64,000 nucleotides of DNA from an uncultured delta proteobacterium. Its GTDB lineage: Bacteria > Myxococcota_A > Polyangia > Polyangiales > Houyiibacteriaceae. Below are positions 49,876 through 60,282 of the stretch, piece by piece. The notes under the pieces were generated by a model. It did no database searches. It was not told where the DNA came from and saw only the letters and a program-made list of their open reading frames with translations. Within the stretch, counting starts at the first letter, position 1, and each line of letters starts with the position of its first letter. Both the position numbers and the translations under genes were made by a program. The stretch lies in the NCBI GenBank assembly GCA_963699755.1, contig CAVOVB010000010.1, forward strand, positions 32,001 to 96,000. The letters run 5' to 3'.

Positions 49876-50010
49876 TCAGAGCCGGCGCCCCAGCTTGCGT
49901 CCGTGCATTCGGTTGACGCGACGGCGGTTCTTCGCCTTCCGCTTTGCGTTGCGGCGCGCAGCCTTGTTGCGCTTGCGAGCCCGGTCGCTGTTCACGATGT
50001 TCAGATACAT
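49876..50010 (-). CDS. Small highly basic protein, 44 aa (not in the ORF track)
   Basis: AGGAG-tatttc-ATG; MYLNIVNSDRARKRNKAARRNAKRKAKNRRRVNRMHGRKLGRRL*; GC-ending codon bias; fills the gap between the mch-like gene and ppsR. Confidence 0.8.
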   Translation of the reverse strand: MYLNIVNSDRARKRNKAARRNAKRKAKNRRRVNRMHGRKLGRRL

Positions 50011-50074
50011 GAAATACTCCTGAGGAGCCGGGTCTAGGGGATGGCTAGGATTCGCGCAAGCCGCGTCACCCCAA

Positions 50075-51148
50075 TCACCGGTTTCGTCGTGGCAGGAGTA
50101 ACCAGTAGTCCAGATCTAGGACAACATCCCTGTGGTAGACCTGTCGACCATCCTTCGCTACCTTGAGGGGAAAGCCTGACTCGGTCGGGCGAACGTCTTT
50201 GAGGCCTACTAGCCTGACCCGAAGGGCCCCGCAGTCGCCGCGCCCAGGGATGTCGGCTTTGTCCAGAATTTCGCTGTAAGCGTAGATGGTGTCGCCCGCG
50301 AAGGTCGGGTTCGCGTGTGCTCCGCCGTTCCAAGCGAGGATGCCGAGCACCTGCTCCAATCCGTTGAACGAGAGCGAGCGCGCCACGCTGATGACGTGAC
50401 CGCCGTACATCAAACGACGACCGAAGCGGGTCTCTTTGGTTTGGACGGCGTCGAAGTGAACCTTCGCGGTGTTTTGATAGAGGCGCGTGGCGGTCGCGTG
50501 CTCGGCCTCTTCGATGGTCATGCCATCGACATGGTCGATCTTCTCGCCCGCCTCGTAATCTTCGAAGTAGGCGCTCCCTCCCGAGGGCCAGGCTTCGTAC
50601 GCGCTCAGATCGAGGTTGGCCGGAACGACGAAGTCCGCCGGCGCGACTTCCTTCGGCATCGCGGGCGCGTCGTTTGCGCCGGTCGGCGTGGACGGGTCAC
50701 GCTTGTGAACCATTACCCAGCGATAGTACTCGAGGACCGGCTTGCCGTGCTGATTGGTGCCGACCGTCTTGACCCAGACCACGCCGGTCTTGCCGCTGCT
50801 GTTTTCCTTCTTCCCAACGACCTCTGAGATCGACTGCAAAGTGTCTCCCGGGTAGACCGGAGCCAAGAACCGGACGCCAGCGTAACCCAGGTTCGCAACG
50901 GCGTTGAGCGAGACGTCGTTGACCGTCTTGCCGAAGACGATGTGAAACGTGAGAAGGTCGTTGATCGTCTCGCGAGGGTGGCCGAGGGAGCGGGCAAACT
51001 CCGCCGAGCAGTGGAGCGGATAGCGCGACCCGGTGAGTCCGATGTAGACAGCCGCCTCGCCCTCAGTGATGGTCCGGGGCACCGCATGCACGAGCTCCCC
51101 GCCGACTTGGAAGTCCTCGAAAAAGTTACCTGGATTGGTCTTGGCCAT
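50075..51148 (-). CDS. mch: Double hot-dog MaoC dehydratase, mesaconyl-CoA hydratase-like
   Basis: MAKTNPGNFFEDF, HAVPRT, FGKTV-DVSLNAVANLGY, YQNTAKVHF and YGGHVIS-AR-LSFNGL motifs, characteristic of 2-methylfumaryl-CoA hydratase. Confidence 0.8.
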   Translation of the reverse strand: MAKTNPGNFFEDFQVGGELVHAVPRTITEGEAAVYIGLTGSRYPLHCSAEFARSLGHPRETINDLLTFHIVFGKTVNDVSLNAVANLGYAGVRFLAPVYPGDTLQSISEVVGKKENSSGKTGVVWVKTVGTNQHGKPVLEYYRWVMVHKRDPSTPTGANDAPAMPKEVAPADFVVPANLDLSAYEAWPSGGSAYFEDYEAGEKIDHVDGMTIEEAEHATATRLYQNTAKVHFDAVQTKETRFGRRLMYGGHVISVARSLSFNGLEQVLGILAWNGGAHANPTFAGDTIYAYSEILDKADIPGRGDCGALRVRLVGLKDVRPTESGFPLKVAKDGRQVYHRDVVLDLDYWLLLPRRNR

Positions 51149-51234
51149 GTCGTTTCCTCGGTTGGGAACGAGCGACTCTAGCCCGTAAAGTCGGCGCTGT
51201 CGCATCGCTCGCTAGGGTGCTATTTAGGGGCGCA

Positions 51235-51864
51235 ATGGACCTGGGGAAAGAGCGGGCCAGCATGGTCGAGCACCAGCTCCGGCGTCGTGGCATCGCGGAC
51301 AGCCGAGTCTTGACCGCGATGGGCGAGGTGCCGCGCGAGGCCTTCGTCCCCGAGGAGCAAAAACGGAACGCCTACGTCGATGGCGCTCTCCCTCTTTCCC
51401 ACGGGCAGACCATCTCTCAGCCACTGATGGTGGCCATGTCGCTCGAGGCCCTTCGGCTGACAGGCGACGAAACCGTGCTCGAGATTGGCGCAGGCTCAGG
51501 CTACCAGGCGGCGGTCCTTTCCAAGCTGGCCAAGAAGGTGTACGCGATCGAGATCATTCCGGACTTGGTCTGCAATGCGCGCCTGGCCCTCGACTCGCTT
51601 AGCATCGACAACGTCGAGATCATTTGTGCGGACGGGCGAAAAGGGTGGCCGGACGGCGCACCCTACGATGGCATCGTCGTCGCGGCGGCTGCCGAAGAGG
51701 TGCCACCCGCATTGATCGAGCAGCTCAAAGATGGCGGCCGGCTCGTGATTCCGGTGGGTGGCAAATGGGGTCAGTCCCTTCAGACCTTGCAGAAGCGCGG
51801 CGACAAGCTCGAATCAGAGGAGCTCTGTCGATGCGTCTTTGTGCCGCTGGTCTATGGCAGCTAG
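51235..51864 (+). CDS. pcm: Protein-L-isoaspartate O-methyltransferase
   Basis: VPREAFVP, GQTISQP, VLEIGAGSGYQAA, GGRLVIPVG and FVPL motifs. Confidence 0.96.
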   Translation: MDLGKERASMVEHQLRRRGIADSRVLTAMGEVPREAFVPEEQKRNAYVDGALPLSHGQTISQPLMVAMSLEALRLTGDETVLEIGAGSGYQAAVLSKLAKKVYAIEIIPDLVCNARLALDSLSIDNVEIICADGRKGWPDGAPYDGIVVAAAAEEVPPALIEQLKDGGRLVIPVGGKWGQSLQTLQKRGDKLESEELCRCVFVPLVYGS

Positions 51865-51889
51865 ACTAAGGCCCGCTGAGGAGCACGCA

Positions 51890-52303
51890 ATGAGCATCAT
51901 GGTCTTTCGCTACCTTCACTTCTTGGGAATCACGTTCTGGATCGGGACCGCCGTCGCAGTTGCGATCGCCGCATCCGCCCCGACCCCCTGGGAAAGCGGC
52001 ATTGCGCAGGCGTTGCGCAAGGTGACGCTACGCGTGACGACGCCAGCGATGCTCTTCGCGTTCGCTGGCGGGATCGGAATGCTGGTCCCGAAATTTGCCG
52101 AGGTGTATGTGAAACAAGGTTGGATGCATGCAAAGCTGGTGCTCTTGCTGGCCCTTGCAGGCGCGACGGGCGTGCTCACCGGAAAGCTCAGGCAATGGGG
52201 ACAGGGACAAGAGGCTTCGCCGAAGGTGTTCGGAAAGCTGGCTTGGGCGATCTCGACTCTCGCGGTGCTGATCATCACCCTCGCGATTTTTCGGCCGTTC
52301 TAA
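51890..52303 (+). CDS. Four-TM membrane protein (CopD/HemJ-like)
   Basis: GAGGAG RBS; LH-LG--FW, GWMHAKL and terminal RPF pattern recall the HemJ/CopD families. Confidence 0.6.
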   Translation: MSIMVFRYLHFLGITFWIGTAVAVAIAASAPTPWESGIAQALRKVTLRVTTPAMLFAFAGGIGMLVPKFAEVYVKQGWMHAKLVLLLALAGATGVLTGKLRQWGQGQEASPKVFGKLAWAISTLAVLIITLAIFRPF

Positions 52304-52417
52304 GAGCGCCCGGGCGCCCGTCCGTCCCGGTTCGACCAGACCTGCGCCAGGCGTCGAGCAAGCTCTTCGCGGTTCAGTTGTTTGGCACCATGCGGCTCAT
52401 CGTGGGGGTAGAGAGCC

Positions 52418-53313
52418 TCAGCCGTAGCGCTCGATCCGCGGCGGGAGCAAGTAGGGATATGGCTTGCGTAAGATGGTGCGATGGAACCAGCGGTCGGCTC
52501 TGCGGGCCGATTGGATGAAGGCATAGGTTTGGGCGTCGCTCTTGTAGTGCGCACGCACCTCCCTTTCGGTAATGCCCGGGGACAGGTCAAAGACCTCGTT
52601 GGCTAGCGGGATCAGCGTCGGGAAGATCTCGCCGAGGCCTTCCTTGATGAGGTTGCCGAGGAAGTCCATCGCTTGCCCACGGGTGGAGTGATAGTTGTCG
52701 AGGATTTCTCGAAGTAGAAAACGATTGACGATGAGGCGCACCGGCCCGGGAAGCGCCTGCGTCACTTCTTTGAACTCGCAGAGATCGTTTCCCTCTTCGT
52801 CTCGGAGAAACGGGGTGCCGACGTCGAGGTAGCGCAAGCGGTCCCCCACGAAGGCCCAGTTCGAAAGTTGCCCATCCGGCGCGAGGAAAGGGCTGACCGA
52901 AGCCTTGATTCGCTCGAAGATCTGCCGAACATACGGCATGGCCTCTTCCGCGGTCTTGTTGTGCAAGAAGTCCGGTCCAAGGGTTCCCAAAGGCAGCAGC
53001 GGTTGAACACAGTAGAGCACCTCGCCTGTGGAGCTTTCCAAAACCGGTGTGTCGGTCTCGACGACGTCGATGCCGAAGGTACCGAGCTGATCGATGTACG
53101 TTTCGATGAGGCTTGCCCATCGTTCGGCCACTGCTTGCGATGAAAGCGGCGCCAGTCGCTTGCAGACGAAATCCCCGTGGAGCGTCGAGAGCTTCACGGC
53201 AATCGTGATCTCACCATAGCCGATGATCTCGAGGTCTTGTGTGTGCTCCGTTCGCACTGCTTGGTCGAGCTGCGCCTCGAGTGCCTCAATCTCCGAGCGA
53301 GCCACGAGCGTCA

Positions 53314-53314
<1 letters not shown>
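52418..53314 (-). CDS. DUF6206-like protein with protein-kinase-like motifs
   Basis: IIGYGEI, CKRL, DGQLSNW and YLDVGTP motifs; the start overlaps the aminotransferase stop (TAATG). Confidence 0.65.
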
Positions 53315-54543
<1,229 letters not shown>

Positions 54544-54598
54544 CGCTGGGATTCTACCTGAGCATTCTCTTGCGTGCGGCCACGGCGAAATCCGAACC

Positions 54599-54643
54599 GC
54601 GCAACCGTTGCGTGCGCAGATCTTCGGGGCGCAGTTTCTGCGC
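54599..54643. repeat. Three tandem 15-bp GCGCA(A/G) units; candidate enhancer-binding-protein site
   Basis: GCGCAACCGTTGCGT / GCGCAGATCTTCGGG / GCGCAGTTTCTGCGC at 54599, 54614 and 54629. Confidence 0.55.
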
Positions 54644-54696
54644 CCGAGATTCCGAAATTCGTCCGCTTCGCTTGGCAAATGGCAGACTGAAGAGAA

Positions 54697-54712
54697 CGGC
54701 ACCGGTCTTGCA
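54697..54712 (+). promoter_or_regulatory. Sigma54 (-24/-12) promoter
   Basis: CGGCACCGGTCTTGCA matches GG-N10-GC / YGGCAC-N5-TTGC. Confidence 0.75.
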
Positions 54713-54889
54713 TCGGCTGCTCGCGCGACCCTAAGCCCCAAGAGAGGTTCCGTGAACGGAATTCAGTATGCGCACGGTAATGCGTTTCCAAGTGCCGCCA
54801 GCGGGGTATCGAGCACCCACTGGATCGATGGGCTGTGCGCTGACTTTTCCGGCCACTCGTTTCTGAGAAAGAGCAGCGACGAATGCCCG

Positions 54890-55957
54890 ATGATTGGGAA
54901 ATTCGCCTACGCGCTCGACCGGCTGGCGGCGACCGCGATGTCGGTACCGTTCAAGCGCAAGATCCATCCGCATCTCTCCGACACGACGCTGCAAGAGTAC
55001 ATCGACTACCACGCGTTCTACTCTCAGCAGCGTTTCCTCGACGACCCCGACTCCGCGTTTGAACTGCCACCGAGGGACCACTCGGTGGTCGAGCGCGCCA
55101 CGCGACGACGCTCCTGGGATCCGAAGAGCGCGACGCTGACGAGCATCGACTTCTACAGCCCATTCGAGACCCTCGACGCTCGGTTTCGCGACGAGTACGC
55201 GGCGCTCGAGCCAAACGATCGGGTCGAGTCGCGCGGCTGGTTCCACAAGACGGGACCTCGGCCGGTTGTGATCTTCCTGCACGGTTTCTCGGCTCCGGAC
55301 TACCGAATCAACAAGATGTGGTTCTCGGCCCAGAGATTCTACGACGCCGGGCTCGATGTGGTGTTCATGAACCTGCCGCTCCACGGCGGCCGGGTGCCCA
55401 AGTCGGCGGCATATCACGGCACCGCGATCATTCAGCCATCGCTCTGGCGGTTGAGCGAAGCCTGCGCACAGGGGGTGATGGATCTGCGCATCCTAATCGA
55501 TCATCTAGTCAAGCGAGGCGCGCCGAAGGTCGGCGTCATGGGCTACAGCTGGGGGGGCTTCCACGCGTCGATGATGGCTTGCCTCGAACCGCAAACCGAT
55601 TTCATCGTGAGCATTGCGCCGGTCGTGAGCATCGCCGACCTGGTCATGAGCTGGCCCATGCGTACCTTCTTCGAGGAGGCGCTCGACGAGCCCGCCATGA
55701 TGATCCGCGAGCTGCGAAAGATCCTGGCCCCCTTCACCCCGCTGTCGCACAGCTTGGAAATTCCCAAGGAGCGGGTGCTTCTGGTGGCCAGCGCCAACGA
55801 CGGGATCATCCCGGCAGTGCACACCGAAGCGCTTTGGGAGCACTTCGGGCGGCCCGCGGTATACTGGAGTTGCGGTGGGCACATTCTTTACTTCGACAAG
55901 GGACGCGTGACCGATCGATCCTTGCGGTTCCTCCGGGACATCGACGTCATCGCCTGA
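54890..55957 (+). CDS. Alpha/beta hydrolase
   Basis: FLHG oxyanion motif, GYSWGG nucleophile, D (NDGIIP) and H (GGH). An in-frame GTG at 54752 with GAGAGG upstream is an alternative start. Confidence 0.88.
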   Translation: MIGKFAYALDRLAATAMSVPFKRKIHPHLSDTTLQEYIDYHAFYSQQRFLDDPDSAFELPPRDHSVVERATRRRSWDPKSATLTSIDFYSPFETLDARFRDEYAALEPNDRVESRGWFHKTGPRPVVIFLHGFSAPDYRINKMWFSAQRFYDAGLDVVFMNLPLHGGRVPKSAAYHGTAIIQPSLWRLSEACAQGVMDLRILIDHLVKRGAPKVGVMGYSWGGFHASMMACLEPQTDFIVSIAPVVSIADLVMSWPMRTFFEEALDEPAMMIRELRKILAPFTPLSHSLEIPKERVLLVASANDGIIPAVHTEALWEHFGRPAVYWSCGGHILYFDKGRVTDRSLRFLRDIDVIA

Positions 55958-55961
55958 GCGC

Positions 55962-57197
55962 ATGCAGGTCCGCGGATACAGTCATCCCGATTTTCGCGCC
56001 CTGCGAGACACCGTGAAATGGTGCACGCCGGCGCGCGGCCCAGGAGGCGTGGCGATTGCCGTCTATCACCGAGGAGAGCTCGTGGCGGACCTCGCATGCG
56101 GGACGCGGGACAGGCGCGGAAATCCATTCGAGCCCGAAACCCTTGCCCTGAGCATGTCCACCGGTAAGGGCGTCATGGCGACGCTGCTTCATCAAATGGT
56201 CGACCGGGGCATACTCGACCTCGAGGCGCCCGTCGCCAAGTACTGGCCCGAGTTCGGTAAGAACGGCAAGGGCTCCATCACGCTGCGGCAAGCCGCTTCA
56301 CACCGTGCCGGGCTCTACTCGATCGCTCGCATCATCGACTCATCCGAGGAGATGTTCGACTGGGATCACATGGTTCGGGTCATCGAAGACATGTGGCCGG
56401 TCCACAGGCCAGACACCGACTTCGGCTACCACGCATGGACCGGCGGCTGGATCATCGGCGAAGTTCTTCAGCGCGCGACCGGCAAGCGCTTCCCTGAGCT
56501 GATCAAAGAGAACCTCGCCGATCCGCTGGGGCTCGACGGCCTCTACATGGGGCTGCCCGAGAGCGAGCTTCCCCGGGTTGCCGAGTTCCTGATCCCAAAG
56601 CTTCCGAGAAAGGTTCTTCGAGGGCGGCCTCGCGGTCTTCGCGCGCAGGTGCGCCGAACCGCATCGAGCACCGCACGTTGGCATTCTTCGCTTGGGCAAT
56701 TCGTCGACGCGATGATTCCGCCGGGCCTCGGCGATCTGCTCGGGGATCCTCGCTGGCTGACCTCGGTCATCCCCTCGGGCAACGGTGTGTTCAACGCCCG
56801 CTCCTTGGCGCGGCTCTATGGGGCGCTGAGCCGCGGGGGCGCGCTCAATGGCGTCCGGCTGCTTTCGGCGTCGGCCCTCGCCGCGGCCACCGAGGATCAG
56901 AACCCGCACATCGGGCGAGTGATCCCCTTCCCCCTGCGCTTCAAGGTTGGCTACATGCGGCCGGTCTCGCTCGGCCTTCGCCTTTCGCTCGCGAAGCGTC
57001 AATTCGACCTTGGTCTCCCGAACCCACACGCATTCGGTCACTTCGGTTTCGGCGGCTCGGGCGGCTGGGCGGACCCGGAACGCGAGCTTGGCGTCGCGAT
57101 CGTCACCAATTGCTTCGGCGGAACTATCCCAGGCGACCTGCGACCCGTCGCGGTGGCAACGGCCACGGCACGCTGTGCAGAGCGGCGCGCAAGCTGA
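55962..57197 (+). CDS. Serine hydrolase, beta-lactamase-like esterase
   Basis: SxxK (STGK), YWPEF, SHRAGL, YH and FGHFGFGGS-GWADP motifs. Confidence 0.9.
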   Translation: MQVRGYSHPDFRALRDTVKWCTPARGPGGVAIAVYHRGELVADLACGTRDRRGNPFEPETLALSMSTGKGVMATLLHQMVDRGILDLEAPVAKYWPEFGKNGKGSITLRQAASHRAGLYSIARIIDSSEEMFDWDHMVRVIEDMWPVHRPDTDFGYHAWTGGWIIGEVLQRATGKRFPELIKENLADPLGLDGLYMGLPESELPRVAEFLIPKLPRKVLRGRPRGLRAQVRRTASSTARWHSSLGQFVDAMIPPGLGDLLGDPRWLTSVIPSGNGVFNARSLARLYGALSRGGALNGVRLLSASALAAATEDQNPHIGRVIPFPLRFKVGYMRPVSLGLRLSLAKRQFDLGLPNPHAFGHFGFGGSGGWADPERELGVAIVTNCFGGTIPGDLRPVAVATATARCAERRAS

Positions 57198-57241
57198 GTT
57201 CGCCGTTGCACCAACTCGCAGCCTGACGTACCAAGCGCTGG

Positions 57242-57997
57242 ATGCCGTTGCTCGCGCTGCTCTTCCTGGTGACCGCGGTGCTATACGCATCGGTCGGCTT
57301 TGGCGGCGGCTCCACCTACAACGCACTCCTGGTTCTGGCGGACACCGACTACCGCATCCTTCCGTCTGTCTCGCTGGCTTGCAATCTGATCGTGGTTTCG
57401 AGTGGCGTCTGGCTGTACCAGCGTTCCGGTGACCTGAAGCTCGACTTCGCGCTTCCATTCGTGGCGCTCTCGATTCCGATGGCTTGGTTCGGTGGAAGCA
57501 TGCCGGTTCAGCGAGAGACCTTCGTCATGCTGCTTGGCTTCTCGTTGCTCGCAGCCGGAGTAGCTACGTGGTTTCAAGCGCCGGATACAAAGGCCTCTCG
57601 GTCCGCCGCAGGCTGGCGAACCTGGTTGTTGGGCTTGCCACTCGGCGGCGCGGTTGGTCTCCTCTCCGGCATGGTTGGAATTGGAGGCGGGATCTTCCTC
57701 TCACCCGCGCTGCATTTGCTTCGTCTCGGCGATCCCAAGCGCGTCGCCGCCACCTCGAGCTTCTTCATCATGGTCAACTCGATGGCGGGACTTGCCGGAC
57801 AAGTTACGAAGCATGGCACGGCCGCCTATCTCGGGGAGCTCCTCGACTATCTCTGGCTGGGCGTCGCGGTCTTCGTCGGTGGTCAGATCGGAAGCCGCTT
57901 CAGCACTCGCGCCCTCTCTGGCCGCGTGGTGAAACGACTCACCTCAGTGCTCGTCCTGTACGTCGCTGGACGTCTGCTTTACATGAGCTTCGCCTGA
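57242..57997 (+). CDS. Sulfite exporter TauE/SafE family protein
   Basis: YASVGFGGGS and SGMVGIGGGIFL-P internal repeat; about 8 TM segments. Confidence 0.9.
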   Translation: MPLLALLFLVTAVLYASVGFGGGSTYNALLVLADTDYRILPSVSLACNLIVVSSGVWLYQRSGDLKLDFALPFVALSIPMAWFGGSMPVQRETFVMLLGFSLLAAGVATWFQAPDTKASRSAAGWRTWLLGLPLGGAVGLLSGMVGIGGGIFLSPALHLLRLGDPKRVAATSSFFIMVNSMAGLAGQVTKHGTAAYLGELLDYLWLGVAVFVGGQIGSRFSTRALSGRVVKRLTSVLVLYVAGRLLYMSFA

Positions 57998-58004
57998 GAA
58001 ACGA

Positions 58005-59492
58005 TCAGCGACGGCGCGGCCAAGGCTTCGCCTCCTCGAGCTGAGCGGCGAGCCTCAACATTCGCGCCTCGTCTCCGAACGGCCCCAGGAACTGAACGCC
58101 CACGGGCAAGCCGTCCGCGGTTTGATGGAGGGGAACCGACATGGCCGGCACACCCGTCAGGTTGGCGACCATCGTCCGGTGGAGGGCCTGCCGTGCGAAC
58201 GCGTCCATCTGAGCATTCATGACCTGCTCCCGGAGCACCCGGACCCCAAAGAGCGCGGAGGCCGCTGGCGAGACCAAGAAGTGAAGCAGGCGCTGCTCCC
58301 CCGCCGTCGGCGCCGCCTCAGCGAGGGGCACCGGCACACGCCCCAGCGTCGGGAGGAGGAGCAGGTCGTAGTTCGTGAAGAACTGCGCCAGGGCCAGACC
58401 GACCCTCCGACCCGCCAGCCGGGACGCTCCAACCTGCTCGGCCGGCAGCGCCCGACCGACGGCAGCGAGGAGGAGCGGGACGTCCTCGAGGGAGCGGCGG
58501 ACCCTCGCCCGACCATATCTTCCCTCCAAATCAGAGACCACCGCGGCCGTGTTGGTCGCTCCGAGAATAATCGACGCTCGGAGCACCTCCCGCTCGTCGA
58601 AGGGAAGCTGGACTTCTTCGACGATGTGCCCCAAGTCCTGCAAGAGACGGCCTGTCACGCGAACCGCATCGACGCAGGGGCTCTCCATCGGAATGCCGAA
58701 GACCTGGGCCTCTGTCGACATACCGACACGCAATTGTCCCAGTTCGGCGTCAAGAGCAGCCAAGAATCCGACCGGACCCGGCGCGGCGTAGGGCGAGCCG
58801 AGCTCGGGACCTGCTGTGGCGTCCAGCATGGCGGCCGAGTCCCGGACCGTTCGGCTCACGATGTGGGAGGTCGACTGACCTTCGTACTCCCAGCTGAATT
58901 CAGGCCCGATGGGATTGCGCCCGCGGCTCGGCTTGAGGCCGAAGATCCCGCACGCCGAGGCTGGCATCCGAATCGAGCCTCCCTCGTCGGTCGCCGAGGC
59001 CATGGGCACGATGCCGGCCGCCACCGCGGCTGCCGAGCCCCCACTCGAGCCGCCAGCCGAGCGGCTCAGGTCCCAGGGGTTGTGGGTCGGTCCCCAGGCC
59101 TTGGGCATGGTGAAGACCGAGAGCTTGTACTCCGGGGTGTTGGTCTTGCCGAAGACCACGACCCCGGCAGCGAGGAAACGCCGGACGATCTCCGCGGTGT
59201 GCTGGGAGATCTCGCCTTGGTGGAGGCGGCTCCCGTTGCTCATTGGGGTGCCAGTCAGCGCATGGTGAGCGTCCTTCAGCAGGAACGGCACTGCGGCAAA
59301 CGGACCCGAAAGCTCCTGCCGCGCTCGCTTGCGCCCATAGTCGTAGAGCGGCGTGACGATTGCATTGAGCTCCGGGTTGAGCGCTTCGGCGAGCCCTATG
59401 GCCGCCTCGAGGACTTCGATCGGCTGAACCTCGCCCTTCGCGACGAGCGCCCCGAGACCCAGTCCGTCATAGTCGGCGTACTCGTCGAACAC
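58005..59492 (-). CDS. Amidase signature family enzyme
   Basis: VPFLLKD, GKTNTPE, GGSSGGSAAAVA and DEGGSIR-PAS-CG-GLKPSRGR motifs. Confidence 0.95.
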   Translation of the reverse strand: MFDEYADYDGLGLGALVAKGEVQPIEVLEAAIGLAEALNPELNAIVTPLYDYGRKRARQELSGPFAAVPFLLKDAHHALTGTPMSNGSRLHQGEISQHTAEIVRRFLAAGVVVFGKTNTPEYKLSVFTMPKAWGPTHNPWDLSRSAGGSSGGSAAAVAAGIVPMASATDEGGSIRMPASACGIFGLKPSRGRNPIGPEFSWEYEGQSTSHIVSRTVRDSAAMLDATAGPELGSPYAAPGPVGFLAALDAELGQLRVGMSTEAQVFGIPMESPCVDAVRVTGRLLQDLGHIVEEVQLPFDEREVLRASIILGATNTAAVVSDLEGRYGRARVRRSLEDVPLLLAAVGRALPAEQVGASRLAGRRVGLALAQFFTNYDLLLLPTLGRVPVPLAEAAPTAGEQRLLHFLVSPAASALFGVRVLREQVMNAQMDAFARQALHRTMVANLTGVPAMSVPLHQTADGLPVGVQFLGPFGDEARMLRLAAQLEEAKPWPRRR

Positions 59493-59493
59493 T

Positions 59494-60270
59494 TCAGGCT
59501 TCCTTGCTTGGACGCCGCGCGCGCGCGCGCGAGTTCAGGATTGCGATGATCGATCCAATACTGACGACGGCGATCACGTATGCGCCACCACGATTGAAGA
59601 TATCGGCGTGCAGTTCGTAGAGCCCGAGACTCGCTCCAATGCCGACGCCGAAGCCGAACCATGGTTGCTCGCGCCAGTTGAGCTTTTGCCGTTTGGTGAT
59701 GACCGCAACGAATGGCCAGAATGAAGTCGACGCGACATAGGCGCGGTAGGGCTCTCCGAGCTCGGCGATCAGGCGGCGATCCTGGTGCAAACCACCGACG
59801 AAGGAGAGCACGACGATGCCGATGAAGAACACGAAGGTCACCCTGGACGGCGCGAGGAAGGAATGGGCGGCCGCCCAGATTGCAATGCCCGAGAAGAACG
59901 GGTGACGTGTGATCTGCTGAACGCCGCGCGCGGGCATGACGCGATGTTGGAAGGTGGCCATCGGAAGCCGGGGGTAGACCAGCACTGCCGTGACGAAGAG
60001 CGAAAAGCCGAATACCGAAAGCACGATTAGCGCACCGCGCACTGGAGGGATCGTCACCAAAAGTGATGCCTGCGGCTCGACAAACCGATGCAGCGCTACG
60101 TAGTGGACGAGCACAGCGAACGTCGCGATGGCGACCAGCGAATAGAGGAAGATGAAACCCGACTCGCCCAGGCGAGCAACCAGTCGTCTTCGAATCGGCT
60201 GACTCGAAAGGACGACGTGGCTGCCGCCGAACGCGAGCCACAATAGCGCGGTAACCCATCCTTCTTGCAT
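59494..60270 (-). CDS. NnrU family membrane protein
   Basis: F-SH, YSLVA, ITRHP, H-D-R and Y-TS-WPF motifs; multi-TM. Confidence 0.8.
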   Translation of the reverse strand: MQEGWVTALLWLAFGGSHVVLSSQPIRRRLVARLGESGFIFLYSLVAIATFAVLVHYVALHRFVEPQASLLVTIPPVRGALIVLSVFGFSLFVTAVLVYPRLPMATFQHRVMPARGVQQITRHPFFSGIAIWAAAHSFLAPSRVTFVFFIGIVVLSFVGGLHQDRRLIAELGEPYRAYVASTSFWPFVAVITKRQKLNWREQPWFGFGVGIGASLGLYELHADIFNRGGAYVIAVVSIGSIIAILNSRARARRPSKEA

Positions 60271-60282
60271 CGGCTCGGCCCC

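Noticed and set aside
49646..50023. 125-aa plus-strand ORF
   Set aside because: Antisense to ppsR and to the 44-aa basic ORF, which has the RBS and codon bias.
52300..52590. 96-aa minus-strand ORF extending past the DUF6206-like gene
   Set aside because: Mostly overlaps that gene out of frame; no RBS or motif support.
58122..59549. 475-aa plus-strand ORF
   Set aside because: Antisense shadow of the amidase.
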